DNA of 39,550 nt from positions 1-39,550 of the forward strand of contig CAVCDT010000004.1 in assembly GCA_963600995.1 (NCBI GenBank), written 5' to 3'. Shown here in pieces: positions 25,699 through 35,106 of this stretch. Made by a program: the position numbers and the translations under genes. Positions within the stretch are counted from its first letter, which is position 1. Each line of letters opens with the position of its first letter. The notes below the pieces were generated by a model. It saw only the letters and a program-made list of their open reading frames with translations, was not told the DNA's origin and made no database searches. The DNA comes from Akkermansia muciniphila. GTDB taxonomy: Bacteria > Actinomycetota > Coriobacteriia > Coriobacteriales > QAMH01.

Positions 25699-26217
25699 TT
25701 ATGTCCTTGTTATCTCGAGTGCCTTTTCGATGCGCGCGTAGTGCAAGAAGAGCCCCTGCTCCTCGAGCTCCGTTATCTCGTCCCAGGTGGCGAGCCTACA
25801 CTCCGTCGCCTCGCGCTCTTGCAAGACGACGTCGTCGAGGCGCAAGTCGAGCTCGAACAGGTAGATGCTGTTGATGTAGTTGTCGCCTCGCTCGTTGTCG
25901 ATGTTGGTGTAGCGATAGCAGAAGCGCGCCTGCTCGGGTCTTACCTGCAGGCCCACTTCCTCGCCCACCTCGCGCACGGCACCTTGCAAGGGGGTCTCTC
26001 CGGCGTCGACGCCCCCTCCTTGGACCTCCCATTGCCCGGCGGCCCATTTCTTGTCCATAGCGCGCTTGGTGATGAGTATGCGCCCGCTTCTGTCGCGGAC
26101 TATCGCAAGGGCATAGAGCATGAACTCGCCCGGCTGCATGAACGCGCCTTTCCTGGGGACGGTCTTGCCGGTGAAGCCCATGTCCTCGTCGTAGATGTCG
26201 ATCATCTCCTGCGTCAT
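25699..26217 (-). CDS. NUDIX hydrolase
   Basis: Nudix box GGGVDAGETPLQGAVREVGEEVGL; 172 aa. Confidence 0.88.
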   Translation of the reverse strand: MTQEMIDIYDEDMGFTGKTVPRKGAFMQPGEFMLYALAIVRDRSGRILITKRAMDKKWAAGQWEVQGGGVDAGETPLQGAVREVGEEVGLQVRPEQARFCYRYTNIDNERGDNYINSIYLFELDLRLDDVVLQEREATECRLATWDEITELEEQGLFLHYARIEKALEITRT

Positions 26218-26271
26218 GTCTGCGTGCTCCTTTTGCGCTGCCTTGCGTTTTCCTTTGCCCAGCGGCGCGTC

Positions 26272-26300
26272 TTGCGCCGGGGCCTTGATGCCCGTATTAT
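26272..26300 (+). promoter_or_regulatory. Possible yhdT-panF promoter (TTGCGC-N17-TATTAT)
   Basis: Hexamers at 26272-26277 and 26295-26300 in the divergent Nudix/yhdT spacer. Motif reading only. Confidence 0.35.
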
Positions 26301-26369
26301 GACGCAGTCAGCCTTTAGACACTGGTGACTTCCCGGGCAGGGGAGCAGCTGAAACGAAAAGGAGAAAAA

Positions 26370-26669
26370 ATGAAGACTGATTTTGGAAGCGCGTACGGCG
26401 CTAAGCTGCGCCAATGCAACAAGGAGGCCCTGATAACGCTTGCCGCCCTCGCGGCAACGGTCGTTGTCTGGGCCGTTTGCGGTTTCGGGCTCGCTGGCCT
26501 GGACGTGACCGTCGCGGGTATGCCCCTCTGGGCTGTGACGGGGACGGTGGGCACTTGGGTGTTCGCCGTTATCGTGTCCGTTGTGCTCGCTCGCTGCCTC
26601 TTCGCGGACTTCGACCTCGACTCTGCCGATGATGACGCTGCTTCAGGCAGCGAGGAGGCGGGTCGATAA
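26370..26669 (+). CDS. yhdT: YhdT-family small membrane protein (DUF997-like)
   Basis: 99 aa with two TM helices and an acidic tail. ATG 26370 follows AAAGGAGA. Its stop overlaps the panF ATG by 1 nt, the same pairing as E. coli yhdT-panF. Confidence 0.6.
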   Translation: MKTDFGSAYGAKLRQCNKEALITLAALAATVVVWAVCGFGLAGLDVTVAGMPLWAVTGTVGTWVFAVIVSVVLARCLFADFDLDSADDDAASGSEEAGR

Positions 26670-28153
26670 TGCACAACCTCATAAGCCTCGTTCCCGTTGT
26701 CGTCTTCTTGGCGATAGCGGTCGTCATCAGCGTCCTCGCTCGCCGTTCGAGCAATGCCCAGGGTGGCGATTTCGCAAGCAGGTACTACATCGGCAACCGC
26801 ACGCTGGGCGGGTTCGTCTTGGCGATGACGACGGTTGCCACCTATGGGTCCGTGAGCTCGTTTGTGGGCGGGCCCGGTCAGGCCTGGAGCATCGGCTTCG
26901 GGTGGGTCTACATGGCGGGTATCCAGGTGACCTGTCTGTTTCTTCTCTATGGAATCCTCGGCAAGAAGATGATGCTTATCTCGCACAAGATGGGAGCCGT
27001 GACGGTCATCGATGTCTTGCGCGAGCGCTATAAGTCAAACGCGCTGGCGGTGGCAAGCGCGCTCATCATCGTCATTTTCTTCGCCGCCACGATGGTCGCC
27101 CAGTTCGTGGGCGGGGCCAAGCTCTTCGAGAGCGTCACGGGCTACTCCTACGAGGTGGGGCTCGTGCTCTTCGGCATCACCGTCATCATCTTCACCACCA
27201 TCGGCGGCTTCAAGGGTGTGGCGCTCACGGATGCGCTGTGCGGCATCGCGATGATAATCGGCCTGGTTGTCCTCGCCGGCGGTTTGATCTGCGCGGGCGG
27301 CGGTTTCGAGAACATGATGGACACCATCCGCACCAACCACCCGCAGATGATGGAGCCCCTCTCCGGCGGCAACATGCCCTACGGCCTCTACTTCACCCAG
27401 TGGCTCATCGTGGGCGTGTTCACCTTCTGCCTGCCGCAGAGCGTGGTGCGCTGCGTGGGCGCGCGCGACGTCAAGTCGATGAAGAGCGCCATGGTCATCG
27501 GCACCGTGGTCATCGGCTTCATGATGATCGTGGGCACGTCGATGGGCGTGCTCGCGGCGGGCGTGCTCACCGATCCGCTGGACAGCTACGGCACGGTGGA
27601 CAATATCATCCCCACGGCCATCGCCACCTCGCTTTCCCCCGTCCTCGCCGGCGTGGCGATCATCGGGCCCATCGCAGCGTCGATCTCCACGGTGTCCTCC
27701 CTGCTCATCGCCGCTTCGAGCTCCATCGTCAAGGACCTCTGGATGCATCGCGCGCAGGCGAAGGGCAAAAGCCTCGAGGAGAGGCACATCATGACCGCCA
27801 GCCAGGCTGTGACGCTCTTCGTGGGCGCCGTCGTGTTCGTCTTGGCGCTTGTCCCGCTCGATGTCATCTGGAAGATCAACATGTTCGCCTTCGGCGGCCT
27901 CGAGACCGCATTCTGCTGGGTTTTCGTCATGGGGCTCTTCTGGCGCCGCGCTACCAAGGAGGGCGCTATCGCATCGATGGTGGGCGGCACCTTCGTCTAC
28001 TGCGCGTGCATGGCAGCCGGCTTCAAGCTCTTCGGGTTGCATCAGATCACCATCGGCATCGCGGTGTCGCTCATCCTCATGGTGGTGGTCTCGCTTGCGA
28101 CCAAACCTGCTGCCGAAGAGGAGCTAGGGCTGTTCTTCCCAGCTAAAAGCTAG
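26669..28153 (+). CDS. panF: Sodium/pantothenate symporter (SSF family)
   Basis: N-terminus YYIGNRTLGGFVLAMTTVATYGSVSSFVGGPGQAWSIGFGW aligns by eye with E. coli PanF (YFLGSRSMGGIVLAMTLTATYISASSFIGGPGAAY). 494-aa polytopic protein. Confidence 0.85.
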   Translation: MHNLISLVPVVVFLAIAVVISVLARRSSNAQGGDFASRYYIGNRTLGGFVLAMTTVATYGSVSSFVGGPGQAWSIGFGWVYMAGIQVTCLFLLYGILGKKMMLISHKMGAVTVIDVLRERYKSNALAVASALIIVIFFAATMVAQFVGGAKLFESVTGYSYEVGLVLFGITVIIFTTIGGFKGVALTDALCGIAMIIGLVVLAGGLICAGGGFENMMDTIRTNHPQMMEPLSGGNMPYGLYFTQWLIVGVFTFCLPQSVVRCVGARDVKSMKSAMVIGTVVIGFMMIVGTSMGVLAAGVLTDPLDSYGTVDNIIPTAIATSLSPVLAGVAIIGPIAASISTVSSLLIAASSSIVKDLWMHRAQAKGKSLEERHIMTASQAVTLFVGAVVFVLALVPLDVIWKINMFAFGGLETAFCWVFVMGLFWRRATKEGAIASMVGGTFVYCACMAAGFKLFGLHQITIGIAVSLILMVVVSLATKPAAEEELGLFFPAKS

Positions 28154-28394
28154 GCTATCGGCGATTTTATAGCCTTGCTGCGGCCCCGCTCTCGATGTCC
28201 TCCTGTCCTTTGGCGGCAGGATGCGAGGGTGGGGCCGTCTTTTTGCGCCTATAGCAGTCGTTGTGTGCTGCTCTTGGCAAGGAACCGTATCGGGTGCTGT
28301 CGCTTAGGCGTTGCCGCCTTGAATAATCGGGATAGGGCATAATGGTTAGGCAATCATTACCAAGCTGCCTGCTCTTTGTGAGGAGTTGGTCTTC

Positions 28395-29648
28395 ATGACC
28401 GCAAGCAATGTGAACTACTCGTGCCCAGCATGCGGAGGCCCGCTTGCCTTCAACGTCGAGCTCCAAAAGCTCGCCTGCGACTATTGCGACAGTTCCTTTA
28501 CCGTCGAGGAGGTCGAAGCTTACTTCGCCCAGAAGCAGGCGAAGGCAGAACAGAAGGCCGCAACCCAAGGGCAGGGGCAAAACGCTGCCGCTTCCGGCAA
28601 CGCCCCATCAGATGCCCAGGGCCAGCAAAGGCCCGGGCAAGAGCACGACTGGTTCGCTGCAAGCAGCGATGCGGATGCGGCATCCGACCAGGGCGGCGCG
28701 CAAACTACCCAGGATAGCGACCCTATCCAGGCCTATCTCGACTCCAAGAGGCCCCTCGAGGAGACGGATGAGCACGCATCTGCCGTCGAGTGCTCGTCGT
28801 GCGGAGCGACCATGATCGTCAGCGATGTCTCTGCCGTGACCAAATGCCCGTACTGCGGCAACAACGCCATCGTGCCCGGAAAGCTCGCCGGTACGCTCGA
28901 GCCCGATCTGATCATCCCCTTCAAGACGGTCAAGGCGGACGCTGTCGAGGCCCTCAAGCGCCATTATGCGGGCAAGATCTGCCTGCCGGATGCCTTCAAG
29001 AACGCCAATCACGTCGAGGAGGTTCAGGGGGTCTACGTGCCCTTCTGGCTCTACAGCGGCACGGCGAGCGGCGAGGGCAAGTACACGTGCACGGACGTGC
29101 GCATGTGGTCCGACAGCGATTACAACTACACGGAGACCAGCACCTACTACGCGACGCGCGAGGGCAATTGCAGTTTTACCAAGGTGCCGGCAGATGCCTC
29201 CAAGCGCATGCCCAACGCCCATATGGACTCCATCGAGCCCTATGACTACAGTGCCTTCGAGCCCTTCAGCATGGCCTACTTGCCTGGGTTCGCGGCCGAG
29301 CGCTACGACGAGTCTGCGAACTCATGCGTGAGCCGCGTTACCAAGCGCATGGAGTCGACGCTCGACGTAGAGCTGCGCAACAGCGTCGTGGGGCACCAGA
29401 ACGTGATGACGACGTACACCTCATGCGACGAGCAGATCGACAGCGTCGACTACGCCTTGCTGCCCGTGTGGATGCTGCATACGCGCTGGGAGGACGAGGA
29501 CTTCCTCTTCGCGATGAACGGCCAGACGGGAAAGCTCGTGGGCGATCTTCCCTTGGACAGAAAGAAGCTCAACATCATATCGGCCATAACCTTCGCCGCG
29601 ACTTTTGTCGTAACCTTTGCGGCAGCGGCGTACTTTCTTCTGAGCTAG
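28395..29648 (+). CDS. YdjG-like double zinc-ribbon protein with C-terminal TM anchor
   Basis: CPACG...CDYC and CSSCG...CPYCG ribbons separated by a Q/A/G/D-rich linker. A conserved-looking core (IIPFKT...VYVPFWLY...LLPVWML) and a terminal TM helix (IISAITFAATFVVTFAAAAYFLL). ATG 28395 follows GAGGAG. Confidence 0.75.
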   Translation: MTASNVNYSCPACGGPLAFNVELQKLACDYCDSSFTVEEVEAYFAQKQAKAEQKAATQGQGQNAAASGNAPSDAQGQQRPGQEHDWFAASSDADAASDQGGAQTTQDSDPIQAYLDSKRPLEETDEHASAVECSSCGATMIVSDVSAVTKCPYCGNNAIVPGKLAGTLEPDLIIPFKTVKADAVEALKRHYAGKICLPDAFKNANHVEEVQGVYVPFWLYSGTASGEGKYTCTDVRMWSDSDYNYTETSTYYATREGNCSFTKVPADASKRMPNAHMDSIEPYDYSAFEPFSMAYLPGFAAERYDESANSCVSRVTKRMESTLDVELRNSVVGHQNVMTTYTSCDEQIDSVDYALLPVWMLHTRWEDEDFLFAMNGQTGKLVGDLPLDRKKLNIISAITFAATFVVTFAAAAYFLLS

Positions 29649-29660
29649 GAGGGATTGGGG

Positions 29661-30506
29661 ATGAGGACTGCTATTGCAAAGAGCGCTCGCGTATCCTTGG
29701 CGCTGCTTGCGGCCTTTGCGCTTGCCTTGGGCCTGTGCGCAAACGCCTTCGCTGCATCGAACCGCTATATCATCGATAAATACGACCTGCTCGGCTCTGC
29801 CACGCAAAAGACCATGGAGTCCCAAGCCAAGGCCATGTCAGGTGAGAACAACATCGGCACCTACCTGCTCATCGTGGATGACATCGGCTCTAAGAGCGCA
29901 CGCGAGTATGCCAAGGGCTACTACAACAAGAAGGGCCTCGGGTTAGGGCAGGATAAGAGCGGCATCCTTTTCTTGATCGCCGTCGACTCGCGCGACTACG
30001 TCACCATCACGCATGGAGAGGGTGTCGAGACCTTCACGGACTACCGCATCGGCGTGATGGAGGACGATATCGTGGATTACCTAGCCGATAACGAGTGGGA
30101 GGACGCCTGCCAAGCGTATCTGGACGATTGCCAGGAGACATACAGCTTCAAGGCCTCGCATGGGGTGGCTATGGACTACGACAACGACCCTGCCAGCCCG
30201 AGCTACGACGACGGCGTGATCGACTTGGACGATCTGGCCATCCCGCTGCTCATCGCGTTCGCCATCGCCTTGGTGGTGATGATATGCGTACGCTTGGCCC
30301 TCAAGGCCCAGCTCAAGAGCGTGAGCACCGGCTCGTCTGCCAGGGCGTTCATGGACGGGGACGCCAACATCACCCATGCGGGCGAGGTTTTTGGCGGCAC
30401 GACCATCACCAAGACGCCCATCCCCAAATCCGACAACCACAGCTCCGGTGGCGGGTCGTGGAGCGACTCCGGCGGCTTCGGGGGTTCGAGCGGAGGCAAG
30501 TTCTAG
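29661..30506 (+). CDS. TPM-domain protein (YdjH/YgcG-like) with TM helix and Gly/Ser-rich tail
   Basis: Signal peptide (LALLAAFALALGLCANAFA), a TPM-like core (IIDKYDLL...YLLIVDDIG...GILFLIAVDSRDYVTITHG), a TM helix and the tail SSGGGSWSDSGGFGGSSGGKF. ATG 29661 lies 7 nt after AGGAGGG. Confidence 0.85.
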   Translation: MRTAIAKSARVSLALLAAFALALGLCANAFAASNRYIIDKYDLLGSATQKTMESQAKAMSGENNIGTYLLIVDDIGSKSAREYAKGYYNKKGLGLGQDKSGILFLIAVDSRDYVTITHGEGVETFTDYRIGVMEDDIVDYLADNEWEDACQAYLDDCQETYSFKASHGVAMDYDNDPASPSYDDGVIDLDDLAIPLLIAFAIALVVMICVRLALKAQLKSVSTGSSARAFMDGDANITHAGEVFGGTTITKTPIPKSDNHSSGGGSWSDSGGFGGSSGGKF

Positions 30507-30638
30507 GCGGGCTGCTCTAGCGATGCGGTTTGTCACAGGCTTTTGGATATACGGCAACAAGCGGATTGCATAAAGGGCTTCAGACGCGGCCACAGCGTAT
30601 GATGTGGCAAGTTCTAGGCGACACAGAAAGGAACTCAT

Positions 30639-31928
30639 ATGGGTCTTATCAAGGCAGCGGTTGGCTCTGTTGGCGGCGTTCTTGCCGATCAGTGGAAGGA
30701 GTACTTCTACTGCGAGTCGATGGATGCGGACACGCTCATCGTCAAGGGATCCAAGCGCGTGAGCTCTCGCAGCTCCAACACCAAGGCAAGCGACAACATC
30801 ATATCCGCCGGAAGCGTCATCGCCGTGGCAGACGGCCAGTGCATGCTCATCGTCGAGCAGGGCAAGGTGGTCGAGGTCTGCGCGGAACCGGGTGAGTTCA
30901 CCTTCGATTCATCCACCGAGCCGACGGTCTTTGCGGGAGACCTCAAGGGCAGCTTGGTCGACTCGCTCAAAAACGTGGGCAAGCGCTTCACCTTTGGCGG
31001 CGAGCCGCCCAAGGACCAGCGCGTCTACTACGTCAACACCAAGGAGCTCTTGGGCAACAAGTACGGTACAGCCTCTACCGTGCCCTTCAAGATCGCAGAC
31101 CCGGACACGGGCTTCAAGTTCACGATGAACATCAAGTGCTTCGGCGAGTACAGCTACCATGTCATCGACCCCGTCCTGCTCTATACGGCCGTGGCCGGCA
31201 ACGTGGCAGACGAGTACAAGCGCGAGTCCATGGACGGCCAGCTCAAAAGCGAGCTCTTGAGCGTGCTGCAGCCGGCGTTTGCCAAGATCTCCGCCCGGCA
31301 CATCGAGTACGACCAGCTCCCTGCGCACACTACGGAGCTCGCGGATATCCTCAACGACGAGCTCTCGTCCAAATGGCGCGACCTGCGCGGCATCGAGATC
31401 GTGTCCTTCGGTATCAGCAGCGTCAAGGCTGATGAGGAAGACGAAGAGCGCCTCAAGCAGATGCAGATGGCATCTACCTTGGGTGGGGGCAACATGGCGA
31501 TGGGCTACTCCGTTGCCGCTACAGGCGAGTCCATGCGCACGGCGGCGGGCAACGAGTCCGGCGCTATGAACGCCTTCATGGGCATGGGGATGGCCAACGC
31601 CTTCGGCGGCGGCGTGGTCCAGACGACGGCCAATGCGTCGCAGACGCAGCAGGCGTCCCAAGCTGCCGCACCTGCCGCGCAAGGCGGATGGGTCTGCTCC
31701 TGCGGGCATACGGGCAATACGGGCAAGTTCTGCAGCGAGTGCGGGGCGGCCAAACCTGCTCCCGCAGGAAGCTGGACCTGTTCTTGCGGGGCCTTTAACA
31801 GCGGTAAGTTCTGCAGCGAGTGCGGTGCGGCAAGGCCTGCCGTAAAGTGTTCCAAATGCGGCTGGGAGCCTGCCGATGGGGCCAGCGTCAAATTCTGCCC
31901 GGAGTGCGGCACGCCCTTCGGGGCCTAG
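30639..31928 (+). CDS. SPFH-domain ('virion core protein'-type, YdjI-like) protein with three C-terminal zinc ribbons
   Basis: MGLIKAAVGSVGGVLADQWKEYFYCESMDADTLIVKG... is the characteristic N-terminus of this SPFH subfamily. The C-terminus reads WVCSCG..FCSECG, WTCSCG..FCSECG, KCSKCG..FCPECG. Confidence 0.85.
   Translation: MGLIKAAVGSVGGVLADQWKEYFYCESMDADTLIVKGSKRVSSRSSNTKASDNIISAGSVIAVADGQCMLIVEQGKVVEVCAEPGEFTFDSSTEPTVFAGDLKGSLVDSLKNVGKRFTFGGEPPKDQRVYYVNTKELLGNKYGTASTVPFKIADPDTGFKFTMNIKCFGEYSYHVIDPVLLYTAVAGNVADEYKRESMDGQLKSELLSVLQPAFAKISARHIEYDQLPAHTTELADILNDELSSKWRDLRGIEIVSFGISSVKADEEDEERLKQMQMASTLGGGNMAMGYSVAATGESMRTAAGNESGAMNAFMGMGMANAFGGGVVQTTANASQTQQASQAAAPAAQGGWVCSCGHTGNTGKFCSECGAAKPAPAGSWTCSCGAFNSGKFCSECGAARPAVKCSKCGWEPADGASVKFCPECGTPFGA
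31725..31825 (+). repeat. Intragenic tandem duplication encoding zinc-ribbon units
   Basis: The exact 20-mer AAGTTCTGCAGCGAGTGCGG occurs at 31725-31744 and 31806-31825, an 81-nt offset, within two near-identical ribbon-coding units. Confidence 0.9.
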
Positions 31929-31971
31929 CGTTTAGCGACGTAACAGCGCCTTTATTTCCGGCAATGCTAAA

Positions 31972-32006
31972 GGGAGCCCGCGGAAAAGATCCGCAGGCTC
32001 CCTTTT
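31972..32006. terminator. Bidirectional rho-independent terminator between convergent genes
   Basis: GGGAGCCCGCGG pairs with CCGCaGGCTCCC (one mismatch) across loop AAAAGAT. TTTT follows on the + strand and an A-run precedes it, giving Us on the - strand. Confidence 0.75.
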
Positions 32007-32059
32007 CTTATGCTTCTCTGCTGTGAGGGATTCTATGCTTGCCGTGTCCTCGTGCTCCT

Positions 32060-32683
32060 TTAGTTGAAGAAGGCGGTGACGGGGTGCATGACGCGCGCCC
32101 ACAGCCACATGAGGTGCATGCCCTTGGTGGACGAGATCACGTTGTGGTGCATGATCTTCACAAAGGGCGACACCGCAAAGAAGTTGAGGCACATCGCGAA
32201 GGGGAGCGAGTAAGGGAGCGCCTCGATGTAGGCGGCGCCCAAGTCCGTGAAGCCCTGGAGCAGGATGGTCATCACCAAGGTCATGATGGGGCACATGCAG
32301 CCGACGTTGACCACGGTGCTGACGGCGGTGCAGGCGATGCCGGTGAAGTGCGTCTTGACGTACTTGGGGATGATGATGCCGGTGATCTTGTCTGCGATGA
32401 ACAATCGCACGAGCAACGCGATGGGGATAACCAGGGGGTACATCCAGTGAGACGTCGTGAAGAAGAGCACGGCATCCCAATCATGATGGCGCAAGCCGTT
32501 GAAGGTGCACATGCAGGTCGCCATGCAGGTGACCATGAGCAGGGTGAAGAAGAGCTTTCCCGGCATGCCGGCCGCGGGGGCGGCGCAGGTGCCCTTGAGG
32601 CAGTCGAGGTAGGTGAATTTCTGCGCGGTATCTTCGCTGGAGTTGTTGTTAGAGGTTGCGTTGTCTTGTGCGATTTGAGTCAA
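32060..32683 (-). CDS. DUF2798-like membrane protein
   Basis: The core MPGKLFFTLLMVTCMATCMCTFNG... has two similar hydrophobic halves, typical of DUF2798. TTG 32683 lies 12 nt after a strong AAGGAG. The alternative ATG 32566 has no RBS, and track start 32908 runs through the divergent promoter region. Confidence 0.55.
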   Translation of the reverse strand: MTQIAQDNATSNNNSSEDTAQKFTYLDCLKGTCAAPAAGMPGKLFFTLLMVTCMATCMCTFNGLRHHDWDAVLFFTTSHWMYPLVIPIALLVRLFIADKITGIIIPKYVKTHFTGIACTAVSTVVNVGCMCPIMTLVMTILLQGFTDLGAAYIEALPYSLPFAMCLNFFAVSPFVKIMHHNVISSTKGMHLMWLWARVMHPVTAFFN

Positions 32684-32944
32684 AGCGACTATCAGCTCCT
32701 TTTTAACGAGTTGCAAAAAGCGCAAAAGGCGATAAGCCGTCGGCCTCGCCCGATGCCTTATTTGGTTGAATGGAATATAAGATAGTTTATCTGATAAAGG
32801 GCTTTGCTGGAAGAGCCCGCGGGTACGTGGTCGGTAAACGGCGTTGCACGCAGCAGGCGATACGATGCCGTCATGCAAGCAAGGCCATGCATTTGCTATC
32901 GTTGCCACCTGCCAGCAAAAACAGGCAACGTGTTAGGGGTTTCT

Positions 32945-34018
32945 ATGGCATCAAAGGGAAGAGTCCTCATGGCTATGAGCGGGGGAGTGGATAGCTCGAC
33001 TGCCGCTGTGAGGCTTTTGGAGGCAGGCTATGACCTCGTAGGCGTCACCATGCATCTTTTCTGCCCTGATCCGGATATCGAGGTGAAGGGCGGCACCTGC
33101 TGCTCGCTCGATGACATCGAGGACGCCAGGAGCGTTGCTCGCTCGCTGGGTTTCGAGCACTACGTGCTCAACTTTGCCGATGCCTTCGAGAAAGAGGTCA
33201 TCGACCGCTTCTGCGATGCTTACGAGCAGGGGCGCACTCCCAACCCGTGCATCGACTGCAATCGCTATCTCAAGTTCGCCATGCTGCAGAAGCGTCGTCG
33301 CGAGCTTGGTTGCGATTATGTGGCAACAGGGCATTACGCCCGCCGTGTGCGCTTGGATGATGGCAGCTATGCCCTCAAGAAGGGTCTCGATCCTGCCAAG
33401 GATCAAAGCTACGTCCTCTATCATCTCGACCAATCTACCCTAGGGCATATGCTGTTTCCCCTAGGGGATATGACAAAAGCCCAAACACGCGAGTTGGCAA
33501 CTAAAAACGGCCTGGTCAATGCGCAAAAAGACGAAAGCCAAGATATTTGCTTCGTTCCTGATGGTGATTATGCCCGCTTTATCGAAGAGCGTCGTGGAAT
33601 CTCTACCCAAGGGGATATTTTCGACGTTGATGGCAACCTTCGCGGGCAACATTGCGGCCTTATCAGATATACCATAGGCCAGAGGAAGGGCCTCAACCTG
33701 GGAGGCGGCTGCGACCCTTTGTACGTCGTGGGCAAGCACGCCGCCGCCAATACCCTCGTTGTGGGTCCGGCCGCTGCTCTCTATGCAACGCATGTGGAGG
33801 CAGACGACATCAACATCATCAGCGGTATGCCATGGAGCGGCAGCATGAGGGTCCAGGCGAAGATTGGCTATCGCATGCAAGCTACTCCTGCTGAAGCTCG
33901 TGTTGACGGAGGCCGCATCGTAGTTGATTTCGACGATCCCGTGCGCGCTGTGAGTCCCGGGCAGTCGCTTGTGCTCTACGATGGCGACATCGTCTTGGGC
34001 GGCGGGGCTATCTGCTAG
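32945..34018 (+). CDS. mnmA: tRNA 2-thiouridine(34) synthase MnmA
   Basis: PP-loop VLMAMSGGVDSS, also NPCIDCNRYLKF, ATGHYAR, KDQSYVL. ATG 32945 is chosen; the upstream extension in the track ORF is rejected. Confidence 0.93.
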   Translation: MASKGRVLMAMSGGVDSSTAAVRLLEAGYDLVGVTMHLFCPDPDIEVKGGTCCSLDDIEDARSVARSLGFEHYVLNFADAFEKEVIDRFCDAYEQGRTPNPCIDCNRYLKFAMLQKRRRELGCDYVATGHYARRVRLDDGSYALKKGLDPAKDQSYVLYHLDQSTLGHMLFPLGDMTKAQTRELATKNGLVNAQKDESQDICFVPDGDYARFIEERRGISTQGDIFDVDGNLRGQHCGLIRYTIGQRKGLNLGGGCDPLYVVGKHAAANTLVVGPAAALYATHVEADDINIISGMPWSGSMRVQAKIGYRMQATPAEARVDGGRIVVDFDDPVRAVSPGQSLVLYDGDIVLGGGAIC

Positions 34019-34109
34019 GAAGCCACAGGAGCTTATCGGATACATCAGGGATGCAAACGCGCGCTGCTGTACGAGTAAAGTAGCGCGAGCAAGCAAAAGG
34101 AGCTGTTAT

Positions 34110-35036
34110 ATGAGCGATATCGATATGGAGGCGCTGACGGGCAAGCTGCGTGCTGCCGTAGCAGACGGCGTAGTGCTCGAGGACGTGCCCATGGCCACTC
34201 TCACGACCTTTCGCATAGGTGGGCCGGCGCGCATCGTGGTTGATGCTGCCTCGCTTGCAGACGTGGTAAACACGCTCGCCGTCTGTCGTGAGTTAGGCGT
34301 TGACTGCCGTGTCATCGGGTGCGGGAGCAACATACTCGTCTCTGATGCCGGGTTGGATTGCGTTGTACTTCACCTGGGCGATTCCTTTAGCGACATCCAT
34401 ATCGAAGGGGAGTATCTCGTCGCCCAAGCCGGGGCTACCAACGAGCAGGTCGCTGCTGCCGCATGTGCCGCCGGCCTTGCGGGTTACGAGTTCGCCTGTG
34501 GGATACCCGGCACTGTGGGCGGCGCCGCCTATATGAATGCCGGCGCGTACGGGGGAGAGTTCGCAGATGTGGTGGTATCTGTCACCTGCATCGACCAGCA
34601 GGGCAAGCTCGTCGAGCTCGGGCCAGGAGAGCTCGATTTCTCGTATCGTCACTCGGCCATGATGGATGCTGGACTCATCGTCGTGGGGGCAATGCTCAAG
34701 CTCCGCCGGGATGATACGACGGCTATCCAAGAGCGCATGGACGACCTCGACGCACGCCGCTGTGAGAAGCAACCGCTCGCGATACCCTCTGCAGGCTCGA
34801 CTTTTAAGCGTCCCGAGGGCTATTTTGCGGGCAAGCTCATCCAAGACAGCGGCCTGCGGGGCTACGAGGTAGGCGGCGCGATGGTGTCGAGCAAGCATTG
34901 CGGCTTCGTCGTCAATGCCCATAACGCTACTGCAGCAGATATGCGCCAGCTCATCCGCGATGTGCAAGACAAGGTCTACGCGGATCAAGGCGTGAGACTC
35001 GAGCCCGAGGTGCGCATGTGGGGCTTTGGGGACTAG
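34110..35036 (+). CDS. murB: UDP-N-acetylmuramate dehydrogenase MurB
   Basis: TTFRIGGPA, GCGSNILV, PGTVGGAAYMNAGAYGGE, SAGSTFKRP. ATG 34110 follows AAAGGAG. Confidence 0.93.
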   Translation: MSDIDMEALTGKLRAAVADGVVLEDVPMATLTTFRIGGPARIVVDAASLADVVNTLAVCRELGVDCRVIGCGSNILVSDAGLDCVVLHLGDSFSDIHIEGEYLVAQAGATNEQVAAAACAAGLAGYEFACGIPGTVGGAAYMNAGAYGGEFADVVVSVTCIDQQGKLVELGPGELDFSYRHSAMMDAGLIVVGAMLKLRRDDTTAIQERMDDLDARRCEKQPLAIPSAGSTFKRPEGYFAGKLIQDSGLRGYEVGGAMVSSKHCGFVVNAHNATAADMRQLIRDVQDKVYADQGVRLEPEVRMWGFGD

Positions 35037-35106
35037 GTAGCACGAGGAAAGCAACGTGCCCGTGCTTGCATCGGACATGGGCACCAAGATTCGAGAAAGG
35101 ACGCAT

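Noticed and set aside
28281-28310. ECF-sigma-like GGAACC motif upstream of the Zn-ribbon/TPM/SPFH module. It was tempting because B. subtilis pspA-ydjGHI is SigW-controlled.
   Set aside because: No acceptable -10 (CGTA/CGTT-type) lies at a 16-17 nt spacing, so a single half-motif is not evidence.
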